From an uncultured bacterium (GTDB lineage: Bacteria > Deinococcota > Deinococci > Deinococcales > Trueperaceae): DNA of 64,000 nucleotides. Positions 21,342 to 29,383 of this stretch are shown here, piece by piece (position 1 is the stretch's first letter; each line of letters starts with the position of its first letter). A model generated the notes under the pieces. The model worked only from the letters and a program-made list of their open reading frames with translations, ran no database searches and was not told the DNA's origin. Where the stretch lies: assembly GCA_964616005.1 (NCBI GenBank), contig CAZTTB010000001.1, forward strand, positions 56,330-120,329. Reading direction: 5' to 3'. Made by a program: the position numbers and the translations under genes.

Positions 21342-22285
21342 AGCCGTGTCTCCCGGACCGTGTCGAGGAAGTAGGCCAGCCCTCGACGGGGGAGCTTGCG
21401 CACGGCGTCGATGACACCGCGCGGCGTGAACACCACTGCGGCGATGATCACCAGGCCGAAGAAGAGACTGGCCACGCCGGTGACGTAGGACGCCAGTACC
21501 TCCGCCACGCCCGACAACAGGAAGGCGCCGATGACGGGCCCGATGACGGTGCCGGCTCCGCCGAACACCGCCATGATGATCATGCGCACGTTGAGCGAGA
21601 TGTCGAAGGCGCTGGCCGGATCGATGAAGGTGATCCAATAGGCATGGATGCCCCCGGCCAGGGCGCTGAACAGGGCGGCCAGACCGAACGCCAGCGTCTT
21701 GTAGAGGGTGGTCGGGATGCCCATCACCTCGGCGGCGTCCTCGCGTTCGCGGATAGCGATGAGGCCGAAGCCGAAGCGGCTCCGCGACAGCCACAGCACC
21801 GTCAGCGTGGCGAGCACCACCAGGCCCAGGCTGAGCTCGTAGAACATGGTGTCGCCGCGGATGAGCGGCAGGATGAGACCGGTGTTGCGACCGGCGATAT
21901 CGAGGTTGGCGACGATGGCGGCGACGGCCTCGGAGAGGGCGAGCGTGGTGATGGCGAAGTAGTGGCCCCGCAAGCGCAACACGGGCAGGCCGAGCACCAG
22001 CGCGAACCCCACCGCCACGCCGGCACCGATGACCAGTCCCAGCCAGAACGGCAGCTTGAACTGCACCATCGCCACCGCCGTACCGTAGGTGCCGAGGCCG
22101 TAGAACACCGAGTTCCCGAACGAGGCATATCCGGTGAAGCCGCCGATGATGTTCCAACCCTGGGCCAGCACCGCCAGCAGGAGCGTGCTGATGCCGAATT
22201 GGACGATCACCGGCGACAGCGTGAACGGAACCAGCGCCAGCGCGGCCACCGCCGCCAGCGCCAGGACCCAGACCAGGGCCCTCAC
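21338..22285 (-). CDS. livM: Branched-chain amino acid ABC permease LivM
   Basis: 315-aa polytopic membrane protein of the LivM type. 4-nt overlap with livH. Confidence 0.9.
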   Translation of the reverse strand: MRALVWVLALAAVAALALVPFTLSPVIVQFGISTLLLAVLAQGWNIIGGFTGYASFGNSVFYGLGTYGTAVAMVQFKLPFWLGLVIGAGVAVGFALVLGLPVLRLRGHYFAITTLALSEAVAAIVANLDIAGRNTGLILPLIRGDTMFYELSLGLVVLATLTVLWLSRSRFGFGLIAIREREDAAEVMGIPTTLYKTLAFGLAALFSALAGGIHAYWITFIDPASAFDISLNVRMIIMAVFGGAGTVIGPVIGAFLLSGVAEVLASYVTGVASLFFGLVIIAAVVFTPRGVIDAVRKLPRRGLAYFLDTVRETRL

Positions 22286-23142
22286 GTGGTCCTCCCCAGG
22301 ATGCCGGTGGGGCGAACGATCAGTACCAGCACCAGCAGGCCCAGGCTCACCGCGTCACGGTAGGTCGGCCCCAGCCACAGACTGCCGAACGCCTCGGCCA
22401 GCCCCAGCACCAGGCCGCCGACGATGACGCCGAGCGGGTTGTCCAGGCCGCCGATGATGGCGATCGCGAAGGACTTGGCGGTCAGCGGGACGCCCACGTA
22501 TGGGGTGAGCTGGGCGACGACGCCGTAGAGCGTGCCGGCGCCGCCTGCCAGCGCCGCGCCGATCCCGAACGTAAGCGCGTAGGCGAATCGCGGCGGCACT
22601 CCGTGCAAGCGCGCCGCGTCGAGGTTCTGGGCGGTCGCGCGGATAGCGCGCCCCCAGCGTTGGCGCTTCAGGAACAGCGCGAGCAGGCCGGTGAGCAGCA
22701 TCGCCACCACGAAGGCCATCAGGTTGGCCCAGGGGATGGTGACGCCCAGGAACTGGAAGTTGCTCCCGGCGTACGCGGGGCGGATGGTCCTGAGGTCGGC
22801 CGAGAACAGGAGCTGTGCGAGATAGGTCAACACCACGTCGATGCCGAACGTGACGAGCAGCATATTGAACATGGGGGCGCGGACCAGGAAGTTCAGGAGT
22901 CCCCACTGGATCAGATAGCCGACCACGAACATCGCTGCCATCACCAGCGGCAAGCTCGCGAAGGGGTCGAGGCCCAGGCCCGTGAATAGGTAGTAGGCGA
23001 GGTAGCCGCCCAGCATGATGAAGGCCCCGTGGGCGAGGTTGATGATGTCGAGCACGCCCCACACCAGGGCCAGCCCGAGCGCGACGACGGCGTACAGGCC
23101 GCCCAGCAGGATGCCGTTGGTGAGGACCTGGAGGACTAGCAC
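22282..23142 (-). CDS. livH: Branched-chain amino acid ABC permease LivH
   Basis: 286-aa polytopic membrane protein of the LivH type. Confidence 0.9.
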   Translation of the reverse strand: MLVLQVLTNGILLGGLYAVVALGLALVWGVLDIINLAHGAFIMLGGYLAYYLFTGLGLDPFASLPLVMAAMFVVGYLIQWGLLNFLVRAPMFNMLLVTFGIDVVLTYLAQLLFSADLRTIRPAYAGSNFQFLGVTIPWANLMAFVVAMLLTGLLALFLKRQRWGRAIRATAQNLDAARLHGVPPRFAYALTFGIGAALAGGAGTLYGVVAQLTPYVGVPLTAKSFAIAIIGGLDNPLGVIVGGLVLGLAEAFGSLWLGPTYRDAVSLGLLVLVLIVRPTGILGRTT

Positions 23143-23269
23143 GGTCGACCCCTACGCAGGGGGCGCGTGCAGCCGCGCCGCGACCGACCCGGAGGTCGAT
23201 CGCGGCGCGCGTCGGCGGCGGCCCGCCCGTCCAGGACGGGCCGCGCGCGGACTCCGGGTTCGCAGGGTG

Positions 23270-24472
23270 CTAGCGTGCGCTCCATGCCGGCATCGGATAC
23301 TGGGGTTGCGTCTCGAAGCTCGTGCCGCTGTAGACGGTGGCCAGCTTGCCGTTCTGAACCTGGATGACGGTCTGCGGCAGGTCGATCTGGCCGGTGGCCC
23401 CGAACTGGACGTGGCCGTAGAGGCTGTCGAACGAGACGTTGGCGATGGCGTCGCGCACGGCCTTCGGGTCCAGGCTGCCGGCCGTCTCGAACGCCTTCAC
23501 GAAGGCTTCGACATCGGCCACGCCGGAGGCGGCGTGGTAGTCCGGCTCGTAGCCGAAGCGCTTGTTGTAGGCCTGCTCGAACTGCGCGGCGTCCCCGAAG
23601 TAGGGGTCCTTGAGGCTCGCCAGCGGCAGCCAGGGCGTCATGCCGAAAGCGTAGTTGGCGTCGGCGGCGAGCGCTTGACGGAAGTCGGCGGTCGGCACGC
23701 CTACCGTGAAGGAGTACATCTTGGGGCTGAAGTTGAGGCTCTTGGCCTGACGGATGAAGTTGAGCGACTCGGTCTCGTGGCCGGCGACCAGCACGGCGTC
23801 AGGGTTCTTGCTCTTGAGCTGCGAGATCAGGGTGCTGAAGTCCGACGCGTTGGTGCTGTAGCGCTGGTCCAGGACCACGTCGATGCCGGCGGCCTGCGCC
23901 AGCTTCTTGGTGCCTTCGGCGACGCTGACGTCGAACGAGTCGTCGGCGTAGAGCAGGCCGATCGTCTTGACGGGGGGGTTCAGCTTGCCCATCATCTCGA
24001 TGGTGCTCTTGAAGTACGAGCCGGCGGCCGGCAGGGTGCCGAAGATGTACTTGTAACCGCGGCTGAAGATCTGGCCGGAGGACCCGCCGCCTTCGATCAT
24101 CGGGACCTGGTACTTCTCGGCCACCGCCGAGGTCACCAGCACGAAGTCGCTCGCGTAGGGCCCGAGCAGGAAGTCGACCTTGTCCTGCGTCAACAACTGG
24201 GTGTACTGACGCACGGCAAGGTTGTTGTCCGATTGGTTGTCGAGCACCTTGAGGGCGAGCTGATAGGTCTTGCCGCCTACCGTCACGCCGCCCTGCTGAT
24301 TGATGGTGTCGATCGCCATCTGGAAGGCGTCCCGATAGTAGCGACCGGTGTTGGCGAGGCTGCCGGTGAGCTGCAGCGAGGCGCCGAACGTGATGGTCTG
24401 AGCCGAGGCCGTGACGCCGAACCCCACGAGGGCCAGCACCAGACCAACGACGACGAACTTGACGGTTCGCAT
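23270..24472 (-). CDS. livK: Leu/Ile/Val-type periplasmic substrate-binding protein
   Basis: Signal peptide followed by a type-I periplasmic binding fold. A hairpin-rich 127-nt gap precedes livH. Confidence 0.88.
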   Translation of the reverse strand: MRTVKFVVVGLVLALVGFGVTASAQTITFGASLQLTGSLANTGRYYRDAFQMAIDTINQQGGVTVGGKTYQLALKVLDNQSDNNLAVRQYTQLLTQDKVDFLLGPYASDFVLVTSAVAEKYQVPMIEGGGSSGQIFSRGYKYIFGTLPAAGSYFKSTIEMMGKLNPPVKTIGLLYADDSFDVSVAEGTKKLAQAAGIDVVLDQRYSTNASDFSTLISQLKSKNPDAVLVAGHETESLNFIRQAKSLNFSPKMYSFTVGVPTADFRQALAADANYAFGMTPWLPLASLKDPYFGDAAQFEQAYNKRFGYEPDYHAASGVADVEAFVKAFETAGSLDPKAVRDAIANVSFDSLYGHVQFGATGQIDLPQTVIQVQNGKLATVYSGTSFETQPQYPMPAWSAR

Positions 24473-24643
24473 CCGACCTTCCCCCTTTCGGCGCGGTGCT
24501 CCGCGCCCAAGAAGCGTGAACTCATGTCACCATACCGCGCTGCTCTCGTGGCCGTGCATCGTGGTGCCGGGTACACCGCCCGCGAACAAGAGGTGGCGCC
24601 GGCCCGGGGTCGGTCCGGCGCCCGCCAGGCGCAGGGCATCGGG

Positions 24644-24649
24644 TAGACT
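24644..24649 (+). promoter_or_regulatory. -10 box TAGACT, 8 nt upstream of GTG 24658; candidate leaderless promoter
   Basis: TAGACT-ggtcgatc-GTG. No SD. Confidence 0.4.
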
Positions 24650-24657
24650 GGTCGATC

Positions 24658-25545
24658 GTGATCCGAAGCCTCACGCCCGACGAGGTCGCCTGGTTCGTGA
24701 GCCGGGCCGTCGGCTACCTCGGCCACTCCGATCCGCGCGGTCTCGCGCAGCGGCTCGCCCCGCGCCTGCGCGACCCCGCCACCGACGCCGCGCGTTGCTT
24801 CGTGCACAGTGTCGAGGGGGAGCCGTCGGCGGGCGTGTACGTGCGGGCGCCGGTGCCCGAGGACGACGATCAGACGTTGACGCTGGTGAGTCCGTGGCAC
24901 GTCGACGACCCACAGGGTCTACGGGCCCTGGTCGCGGCCATGCTCGAGCGGTTCCCCCACGAGGCGGCGGCGGCTCCGCTCCACGCAGTGCCGGAACGCG
25001 TCTCGGCCGAGCTGGCAACGGTGCTCGCACCGTTGGGCTTCCGGCGTGACGAGATCCGGCGGGTGCGGTTCGAGCTGGCCGACGTCCCCCCGCTGGGGTT
25101 GCCGCTGGTCCTGGAGTCCTGGTCACTGCCGTTGGATCGAGCGTTCCGGGACCTGTACGAGCGCGCCGAGGCGCGTAGCGTGAGCGATCGCTTCTGGGCT
25201 TACCTGAAGCGTCGCCACGGCTCGTTCCGCCCCGACCTGTGGTTCGTGGCGAGAGAGACACTGGATCAGGATCCGGTCGGATACGCCCTGTGCGGAGCGG
25301 AGCGGCTGGGTTTGGACGCCGGCTACGTCATGAACGGCGTCGGCGTGTTGCAAGAGCATCGGGAGTCGAGCGAGATGCTACGGCGACTGGTCGTCTCCAC
25401 GCTGAACGAGCTGGCAGGCGTGAGCCCCTTCGGCACGGTGTTCGCCGAGCTCAGCACCTCGGACCCCAAGCTGATCGACATCCTGATGTCGCTGGGGTTC
25501 ACCACCGAGGAGCGCTTCGCGCTGCTGGTCCGGATGCCGGCCTGA
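24658..25545 (+). CDS. GNAT-like protein with a degenerate acetyl-CoA motif
   Basis: 295 aa. The C-terminal half has a GNAT-like beta-alpha pattern (GVGVLQEHRESSEMLRRLV) but lacks a clean Q/RxxGxG/A box. Confidence 0.5.
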   Translation: MIRSLTPDEVAWFVSRAVGYLGHSDPRGLAQRLAPRLRDPATDAARCFVHSVEGEPSAGVYVRAPVPEDDDQTLTLVSPWHVDDPQGLRALVAAMLERFPHEAAAAPLHAVPERVSAELATVLAPLGFRRDEIRRVRFELADVPPLGLPLVLESWSLPLDRAFRDLYERAEARSVSDRFWAYLKRRHGSFRPDLWFVARETLDQDPVGYALCGAERLGLDAGYVMNGVGVLQEHRESSEMLRRLVVSTLNELAGVSPFGTVFAELSTSDPKLIDILMSLGFTTEERFALLVRMPA

Positions 25546-25585
25546 GGCCGACGGCGTCCGTCGACGGCGCCCGGGCCCTCGCCGC

Positions 25586-25591
25586 TATACT
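25586..25591 (+). promoter_or_regulatory. -10 box TATACT, 6 nt upstream of ATG 25598; candidate leaderless promoter
   Basis: TATACT-cgcgcc-ATG. No SD. Confidence 0.5.
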
Positions 25592-25597
25592 CGCGCC

Positions 25598-25960
25598 ATG
25601 AATCTCCTTCTGCGTTGGGCCCTCAACGCGCTGGCCCTATGGCTGACCGTCGCGCTCCATGTCGGGTTGTCGATCGTGCCCCCCACGGTGGGGGCCTACC
25701 TCGTGGCCGCGCTCGTCCTGGGCCTCGTCAACGCCGTGGTCCGTCCGCTGATGGTGCTGCTCACGCTGCCCCTGACGATCCTCAGCTTCGGGCTGTTCCT
25801 GCTGGTCGTCAACGGGATCGCCATCGCCGTCGTCGCCGCCCTGACGCCGTTGACGGTGAGCGGTTTCGGAGGCGCGGTGGTGGGTGCACTGGTGCTCACC
25901 GTCATCAGCGCGGTGCTGTCGCGGCTGCTCGGCGACAGGCGCGGCACCCGCCGCCTCTAG
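25598..25960 (+). CDS. Phage_holin_4_2 / YvlD-family 4-TM membrane protein
   Basis: LVNAVVRPLMVLLTLPLTILSFGLFLLVVNG matches the conserved core I recall from Bacillus YvlD. 120 aa. Confidence 0.75.
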   Translation: MNLLLRWALNALALWLTVALHVGLSIVPPTVGAYLVAALVLGLVNAVVRPLMVLLTLPLTILSFGLFLLVVNGIAIAVVAALTPLTVSGFGGAVVGALVLTVISAVLSRLLGDRRGTRRL

Positions 25961-26008
25961 GCCGCGGCCTCTAGCCCGTGTCCTCTGGCCCGCCGCCTGT
26001 GGCCCGTC
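25953..26008. repeat. Degenerate tandem repeat, 4 x 14 nt
   Basis: The units are gcctctaggccgcg, gcctctagcccgtg, tcctctggcccgcc and gcctgtggcccgtc. Unit 1 overlaps the TAG stop at 25958-25960. Confidence 0.7.
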
Positions 26009-26038
26009 CGGCGGCTGCTTCGTCGCCGCCGCATCCCG

Positions 26039-26614
26039 TCAGGGGAGGTACTTCTCCCAGATCGGGTCGATGTCCGGAAGGACGCCATAGGCGCTGGAGA
26101 AGATGAATCGTGGAGCGTAGGGCCGGCGCTGCAGCGCCATCCCCGCCTCGTCGGGCGTGCGGTCGCGCTTGCGCGCGTTGCACCGCTTGCAGCAGGCCAC
26201 CACGTTGTCCCAGTTGGTGGGGCCGCCACGGCTGCGCGGCAGGACGTGGTCGAGGGTCAGGTCGTTGCTGCGGGTCCCGCAGTACTGGCAGGTGTGGTCG
26301 TCACGCTTGAAGAGGTTGCGCCGGTTGAACGCGACTCGCTGTCGGAAGGGGCGTTTCACGAAGCGCTTGAGCCGGATCACGCTGGGAACAGGGAAGTCCC
26401 GGTTGACCGAGCGGAGCACCTTGTCGCCGTCCTCGACGCGCTCGGCCACCTCGTGCATGAGCAGCGCCACCGCCCGCTTGAGCGAGCAGACGTGGAGGGG
26501 CTCGAAGCTGGCGTTGAGGATGAGGACGCGTGCGCTGTTGACGTTGAGCAGCGGCGCCCGGTACGCCCAACGCTCGCCTCCGGGGACGGCGCGCTCGGCC
26601 CCGGTCCCGGCCAC
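26039..26614 (-). CDS. HNH endonuclease (McrA-like, stand-alone)
   Basis: CQYCG...DHVLPRSRGG...NWDNVVACCKRCNARK HNH/zinc motif. The exact start is uncertain (GTG 26614 has no SD). Confidence 0.85.
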   Translation of the reverse strand: MAGTGAERAVPGGERWAYRAPLLNVNSARVLILNASFEPLHVCSLKRAVALLMHEVAERVEDGDKVLRSVNRDFPVPSVIRLKRFVKRPFRQRVAFNRRNLFKRDDHTCQYCGTRSNDLTLDHVLPRSRGGPTNWDNVVACCKRCNARKRDRTPDEAGMALQRRPYAPRFIFSSAYGVLPDIDPIWEKYLP

Positions 26615-26695
26615 GCCGGTACCATCATCGGACGGATCGTGCGGAACTCGGGCGGCGGCCGTTACCTCCAGAGTGGACTTGGGCGGAGTATAGCA

Positions 26696-26716
26696 GAGCG
26701 CCCGGCGCGGGCGCTC
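26696..26716 (-). terminator. 9-bp GC hairpin that begins at the ddl stop codon
   Basis: The minus strand after TGA reads GAGCGCCCG-cgc-CGGGCGCTC, followed by a TATACT box (26687-26692) that may drive the HNH gene. Confidence 0.4.
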
Positions 26717-27752
26717 ACCGCGCCTGCACGGCGAGCGCGATCAGGGTGCTGATCAGCTCGGGGTAGGGGACGCCGGCGGCCTCCCACAGCTTCGGGTACA
26801 TGCTGTGGCGGGTGAAGCCGGGGATGGTGTTGACCTCGTTGAGCAGCAGGGCGCCGTCGTCGGGCCGGTAGAGGAAGTCGACGCGCGCCAGGCCGGCTCC
26901 GTCGACGGCGCCGAACGCCCGCAGGGCGAGATCGCGCGCCTGCTCGGCCACCGCCGCAGGTACGGGCGCCGGGATCAGGAGCTCGGCGCGGCCGTCGGTG
27001 TACTTGGCCTCGTAGTCGTAGAAGTCCGCACGGTAGCGGATCTCGCCCACCGGGCTCGCGGACGGAGCGTCGTTGCCCAGGACCGCCACTTCGAGCTCCC
27101 GCACGGGGTGGACGCCCTCCTCTACGATGACTCGGCGGTCGAAGCCGAAGGCGTCTTCGATGGCGTCGCCGAGCGTGGCGACGGTGTCGACCCGGCGCAC
27201 GCCGATGCTCGAGCCCAGGTTGGCGGGCTTGACGAAGCGGGGCCAGGGCAGGTCCGCCAGGGCCTGCAGGCTCGATGCCCGATCGCGCTTCCAGGCCTCG
27301 CGGCTCACGCCCGCGTAGGCCACCTGTGGGAACCCGTGAGCTGCGAACACCGCCTTCATCACGAGTTTGTCCATCGCCACCGCGCTGGCGAGGACGTCGG
27401 AGCCAACGAAGGGGATGCCAAGCAAGCGCAACAACCCCTGCACGCTGCCGTCCTCGCCGTAGGGACCGTGGAGCAAGGGGAACACCACGTCGATGCCGTC
27501 GCGGGCGAGGCGGGCCAGCGCGCCGGCGAGCTCATCGCCGCCCGCACCCGGCGCGGCTCCGTCGTGCAGCACGCGGCGCGAAGCGTCGTCCGCGAGCAGA
27601 CGCCCGTGGCGGTCGATGACTCGCGGCGTGACATCGGCTGCGTCGCCCAACGCTTCGAGCACCGAACGCGCGGACGCCAGCGACACGTCGTGCTCCTCCG
27701 AGCGTCCGCCGCAGAGGAGCAGAACGCGGGGCGCACCCGGGTCCGGCGTCAC
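26715..27752 (-). CDS. ddl: D-alanine--D-alanine ligase
   Basis: 345-aa ATP-grasp protein with a Ddl-type N-terminus (LLCGGRSEEHDVSL) and a C-terminal LNEVNTIPGFT motif. Confidence 0.92.
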   Translation of the reverse strand: MTPDPGAPRVLLLCGGRSEEHDVSLASARSVLEALGDAADVTPRVIDRHGRLLADDASRRVLHDGAAPGAGGDELAGALARLARDGIDVVFPLLHGPYGEDGSVQGLLRLLGIPFVGSDVLASAVAMDKLVMKAVFAAHGFPQVAYAGVSREAWKRDRASSLQALADLPWPRFVKPANLGSSIGVRRVDTVATLGDAIEDAFGFDRRVIVEEGVHPVRELEVAVLGNDAPSASPVGEIRYRADFYDYEAKYTDGRAELLIPAPVPAAVAEQARDLALRAFGAVDGAGLARVDFLYRPDDGALLLNEVNTIPGFTRHSMYPKLWEAAGVPYPELISTLIALAVQAR

Positions 27753-27768
27753 CCGAACTCCGACGTGG

Positions 27769-27783
27769 TGTGTAAGTTACACA
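27769..27783. promoter_or_regulatory. Perfect 15-bp palindrome TGTGTAAgTTACACA (candidate operator)
   Basis: It starts 8 nt downstream of the ddl -10 box, so it covers the predicted transcription start. It is AT-rich in a roughly 70% GC background. Confidence 0.45.
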
Positions 27784-27791
27784 TTGACACT

Positions 27792-27820
27792 ATCGTAGGC
27801 CGGTGTGTCCCGCGGGTCAA
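27792..27820 (-). promoter_or_regulatory. Sigma-70-type promoter TTGACC-N17-TACGAT upstream of ddl
   Basis: -35 at 27815-27820 and -10 at 27792-27797 (minus strand) with a 17-nt spacer. GGAG SD 5 nt upstream of the GTG at 27752. Confidence 0.55.
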
Positions 27821-27825
27821 GCGTG

Positions 27826-28602
27826 CTAGCTACGCCAGCGGGGCTCGCGCTTCTCCAGGAAGGCGCGCACGCCCTCGCGTAGTTCGTCGCGCTCGCGCGC
27901 CTCGGCGTTCACCTCGGCGGCGTAACGCAGACCGTCCTGCAGGCTCAGCGAGGGCACCGCGGCCAGAAGGGCCTTGCTGATCGCCAGGGAGCCGGGGGCG
28001 TTCCGGGCCAGACCGCGGGCCCGGTCGATGGCGGCCGCCAGCACCTGCCCTGGGGCGGCCACCTCGTTGACCAAGCCGATGGCCGCCGCTTCGGCCGCCG
28101 TGATGAGGCGCGCGCTCAACAGCAGATCGCGGGCGTGCTTGTCGCCCACCTGTCGCACCAGGAAGACCGCCACCAGCGCCGGCACGAAGCCGATGCGCGC
28201 TTCGGTATAGCCGATGCGGGCATCGCGATCCATCACGGCCAGGTCACAGGCGGTGACGAGTCCCGCACCGCCTGCCACCGCCGGTCCGTTGACCGCGGCG
28301 ACGACCGGCTTGGGGAGGGTCGCGAGTTGCAGCAGCAGCTCGGCCAGGTCACGCGAGTCGGCGAGGTTCTCTTCGGAGCTGCGTTCGTTCATCCCCTCCA
28401 GCTCGCGCAGGTCGAGTCCGGCGCAGAAGGCGTCGCCGGCCCCGGTGAGCACCACCGCGCGTGTGTCCCGGTCGTCGGCCGCCACGCGAAGCGCATCTCG
28501 CAGGGCCGCCCGTAGTTCCACGCTTAGCGCGTTCCGGACGGCCGGTCGATTCAGGGTGAGGATACGGACCGGACCTTGCTGGTCCGTTACGATGGGCTGC
28601 AT
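27826..28602 (-). CDS. Enoyl-CoA hydratase/isomerase (crotonase family)
   Basis: Crotonase oxyanion region GAGDAFCAGLDL and AAVNGPAVAGG. 258 aa. Confidence 0.9.
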   Translation of the reverse strand: MQPIVTDQQGPVRILTLNRPAVRNALSVELRAALRDALRVAADDRDTRAVVLTGAGDAFCAGLDLRELEGMNERSSEENLADSRDLAELLLQLATLPKPVVAAVNGPAVAGGAGLVTACDLAVMDRDARIGYTEARIGFVPALVAVFLVRQVGDKHARDLLLSARLITAAEAAAIGLVNEVAAPGQVLAAAIDRARGLARNAPGSLAISKALLAAVPSLSLQDGLRYAAEVNAEARERDELREGVRAFLEKREPRWRS

Positions 28603-28614
28603 GGAAACATTCTA
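28588..28614. promoter_or_regulatory. Face-to-back pair of -10 boxes around overlapping divergent start codons
   Basis: TACGAT-gggctg-CATG-gaaac-ATTCTA. The plus-strand ATG is 28601-28603, 7 nt after TACGAT. The minus-strand ATG is 28602-28600, 6 nt after TAGAAT. Confidence 0.5.
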
Positions 28615-29314
28615 CGGGCCGGCCGCGCGGAGCCGGCCCGTGGTTGGCTCACGACGGGGAGGCCACATCCTGGACGCCACCGCTGACGCTCTGCAGCTCG
28701 TCGACTTCCGTCGCCGGGTGGCCGCCATGTACGAGGTCGCGCGCGCCGGGGCCGGTCCGGCAGAGGCCCGTTGGCGGCGCTTCCGGGAGCTTCGGGACGA
28801 GCTGTTCGCGGACCATCCGTGCTCACCCCTCGGCGCCGCCGACCGGCGGGCGATGACGGGCATCCCCTACTACCCGTACGAGCCCTCCGCCAGGGTGCTG
28901 GCCACCGCTGAGGACGCCCCGGACGAGCCCTTCGAGGTCGTCCTGCATGACGACGGCGTGCTGGCTCTGGAACGCCTTTCCTGGCTTTCGTTCGAGCTCT
29001 TCGGCCAGCCCTGCAGGCTGGCGCTCTACCGCCTTTCGGGCTACGGGGCCGGGCTGTTCCTGCCCTTCCGCGACGGCACCGCCGGCGAGCGCACGTACGG
29101 TGGCGGGCGTTACCTGATCGACACGCGCAAGCTCGCCGATCTCGGCGTCGAGGGTGGTCGACTGGTCCTCGACTTCAACTTCGCCTACCACCCGAGCTGC
29201 GCCTACAGCCCGCGGTGGGATTGCCCGCTGGCACCTCCGGAGAACCGCCTCGAGCTGGCGATCGAAGCGGGGGAGTGCCTGCCCGCGAATGGCTGGGCAG
29301 CGTTGCGTGCGTGA
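28601..29314 (+). CDS. DUF1684-family protein
   Basis: C-terminal YGGGRY...DFNFAYHPSCAY...WDCPLAPPENRL pattern typical of DUF1684. I chose ATG 28601 because of the -10 box 7 nt upstream. GTG 28640 is an alternative. Confidence 0.7.
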   Translation: METFYGPAARSRPVVGSRRGGHILDATADALQLVDFRRRVAAMYEVARAGAGPAEARWRRFRELRDELFADHPCSPLGAADRRAMTGIPYYPYEPSARVLATAEDAPDEPFEVVLHDDGVLALERLSWLSFELFGQPCRLALYRLSGYGAGLFLPFRDGTAGERTYGGGRYLIDTRKLADLGVEGGRLVLDFNFAYHPSCAYSPRWDCPLAPPENRLELAIEAGECLPANGWAALRA

Positions 29315-29383
29315 GCTGCGCGCCGCTGGCCACCGTCAAGTCGGCTGCGCATGCTGCGTAGCACGGGAACCTGGGAGGGAACC

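Noticed and set aside
21342-22157. Upstream extension of the livG ORF (the 522-aa track entry).
   Set aside because: The extension lies in an alternate frame of livM. GTG 21341 overlaps the livM stop and gives a canonical 250-aa LivG.
25598-26614. Holin-family gene next to an HNH endonuclease, as a possible prophage remnant or defence island.
   Set aside because: There are no other phage, integrase, methylase or defence genes around. Both families are common as stand-alone chromosomal genes, and they are convergent rather than co-transcribed.
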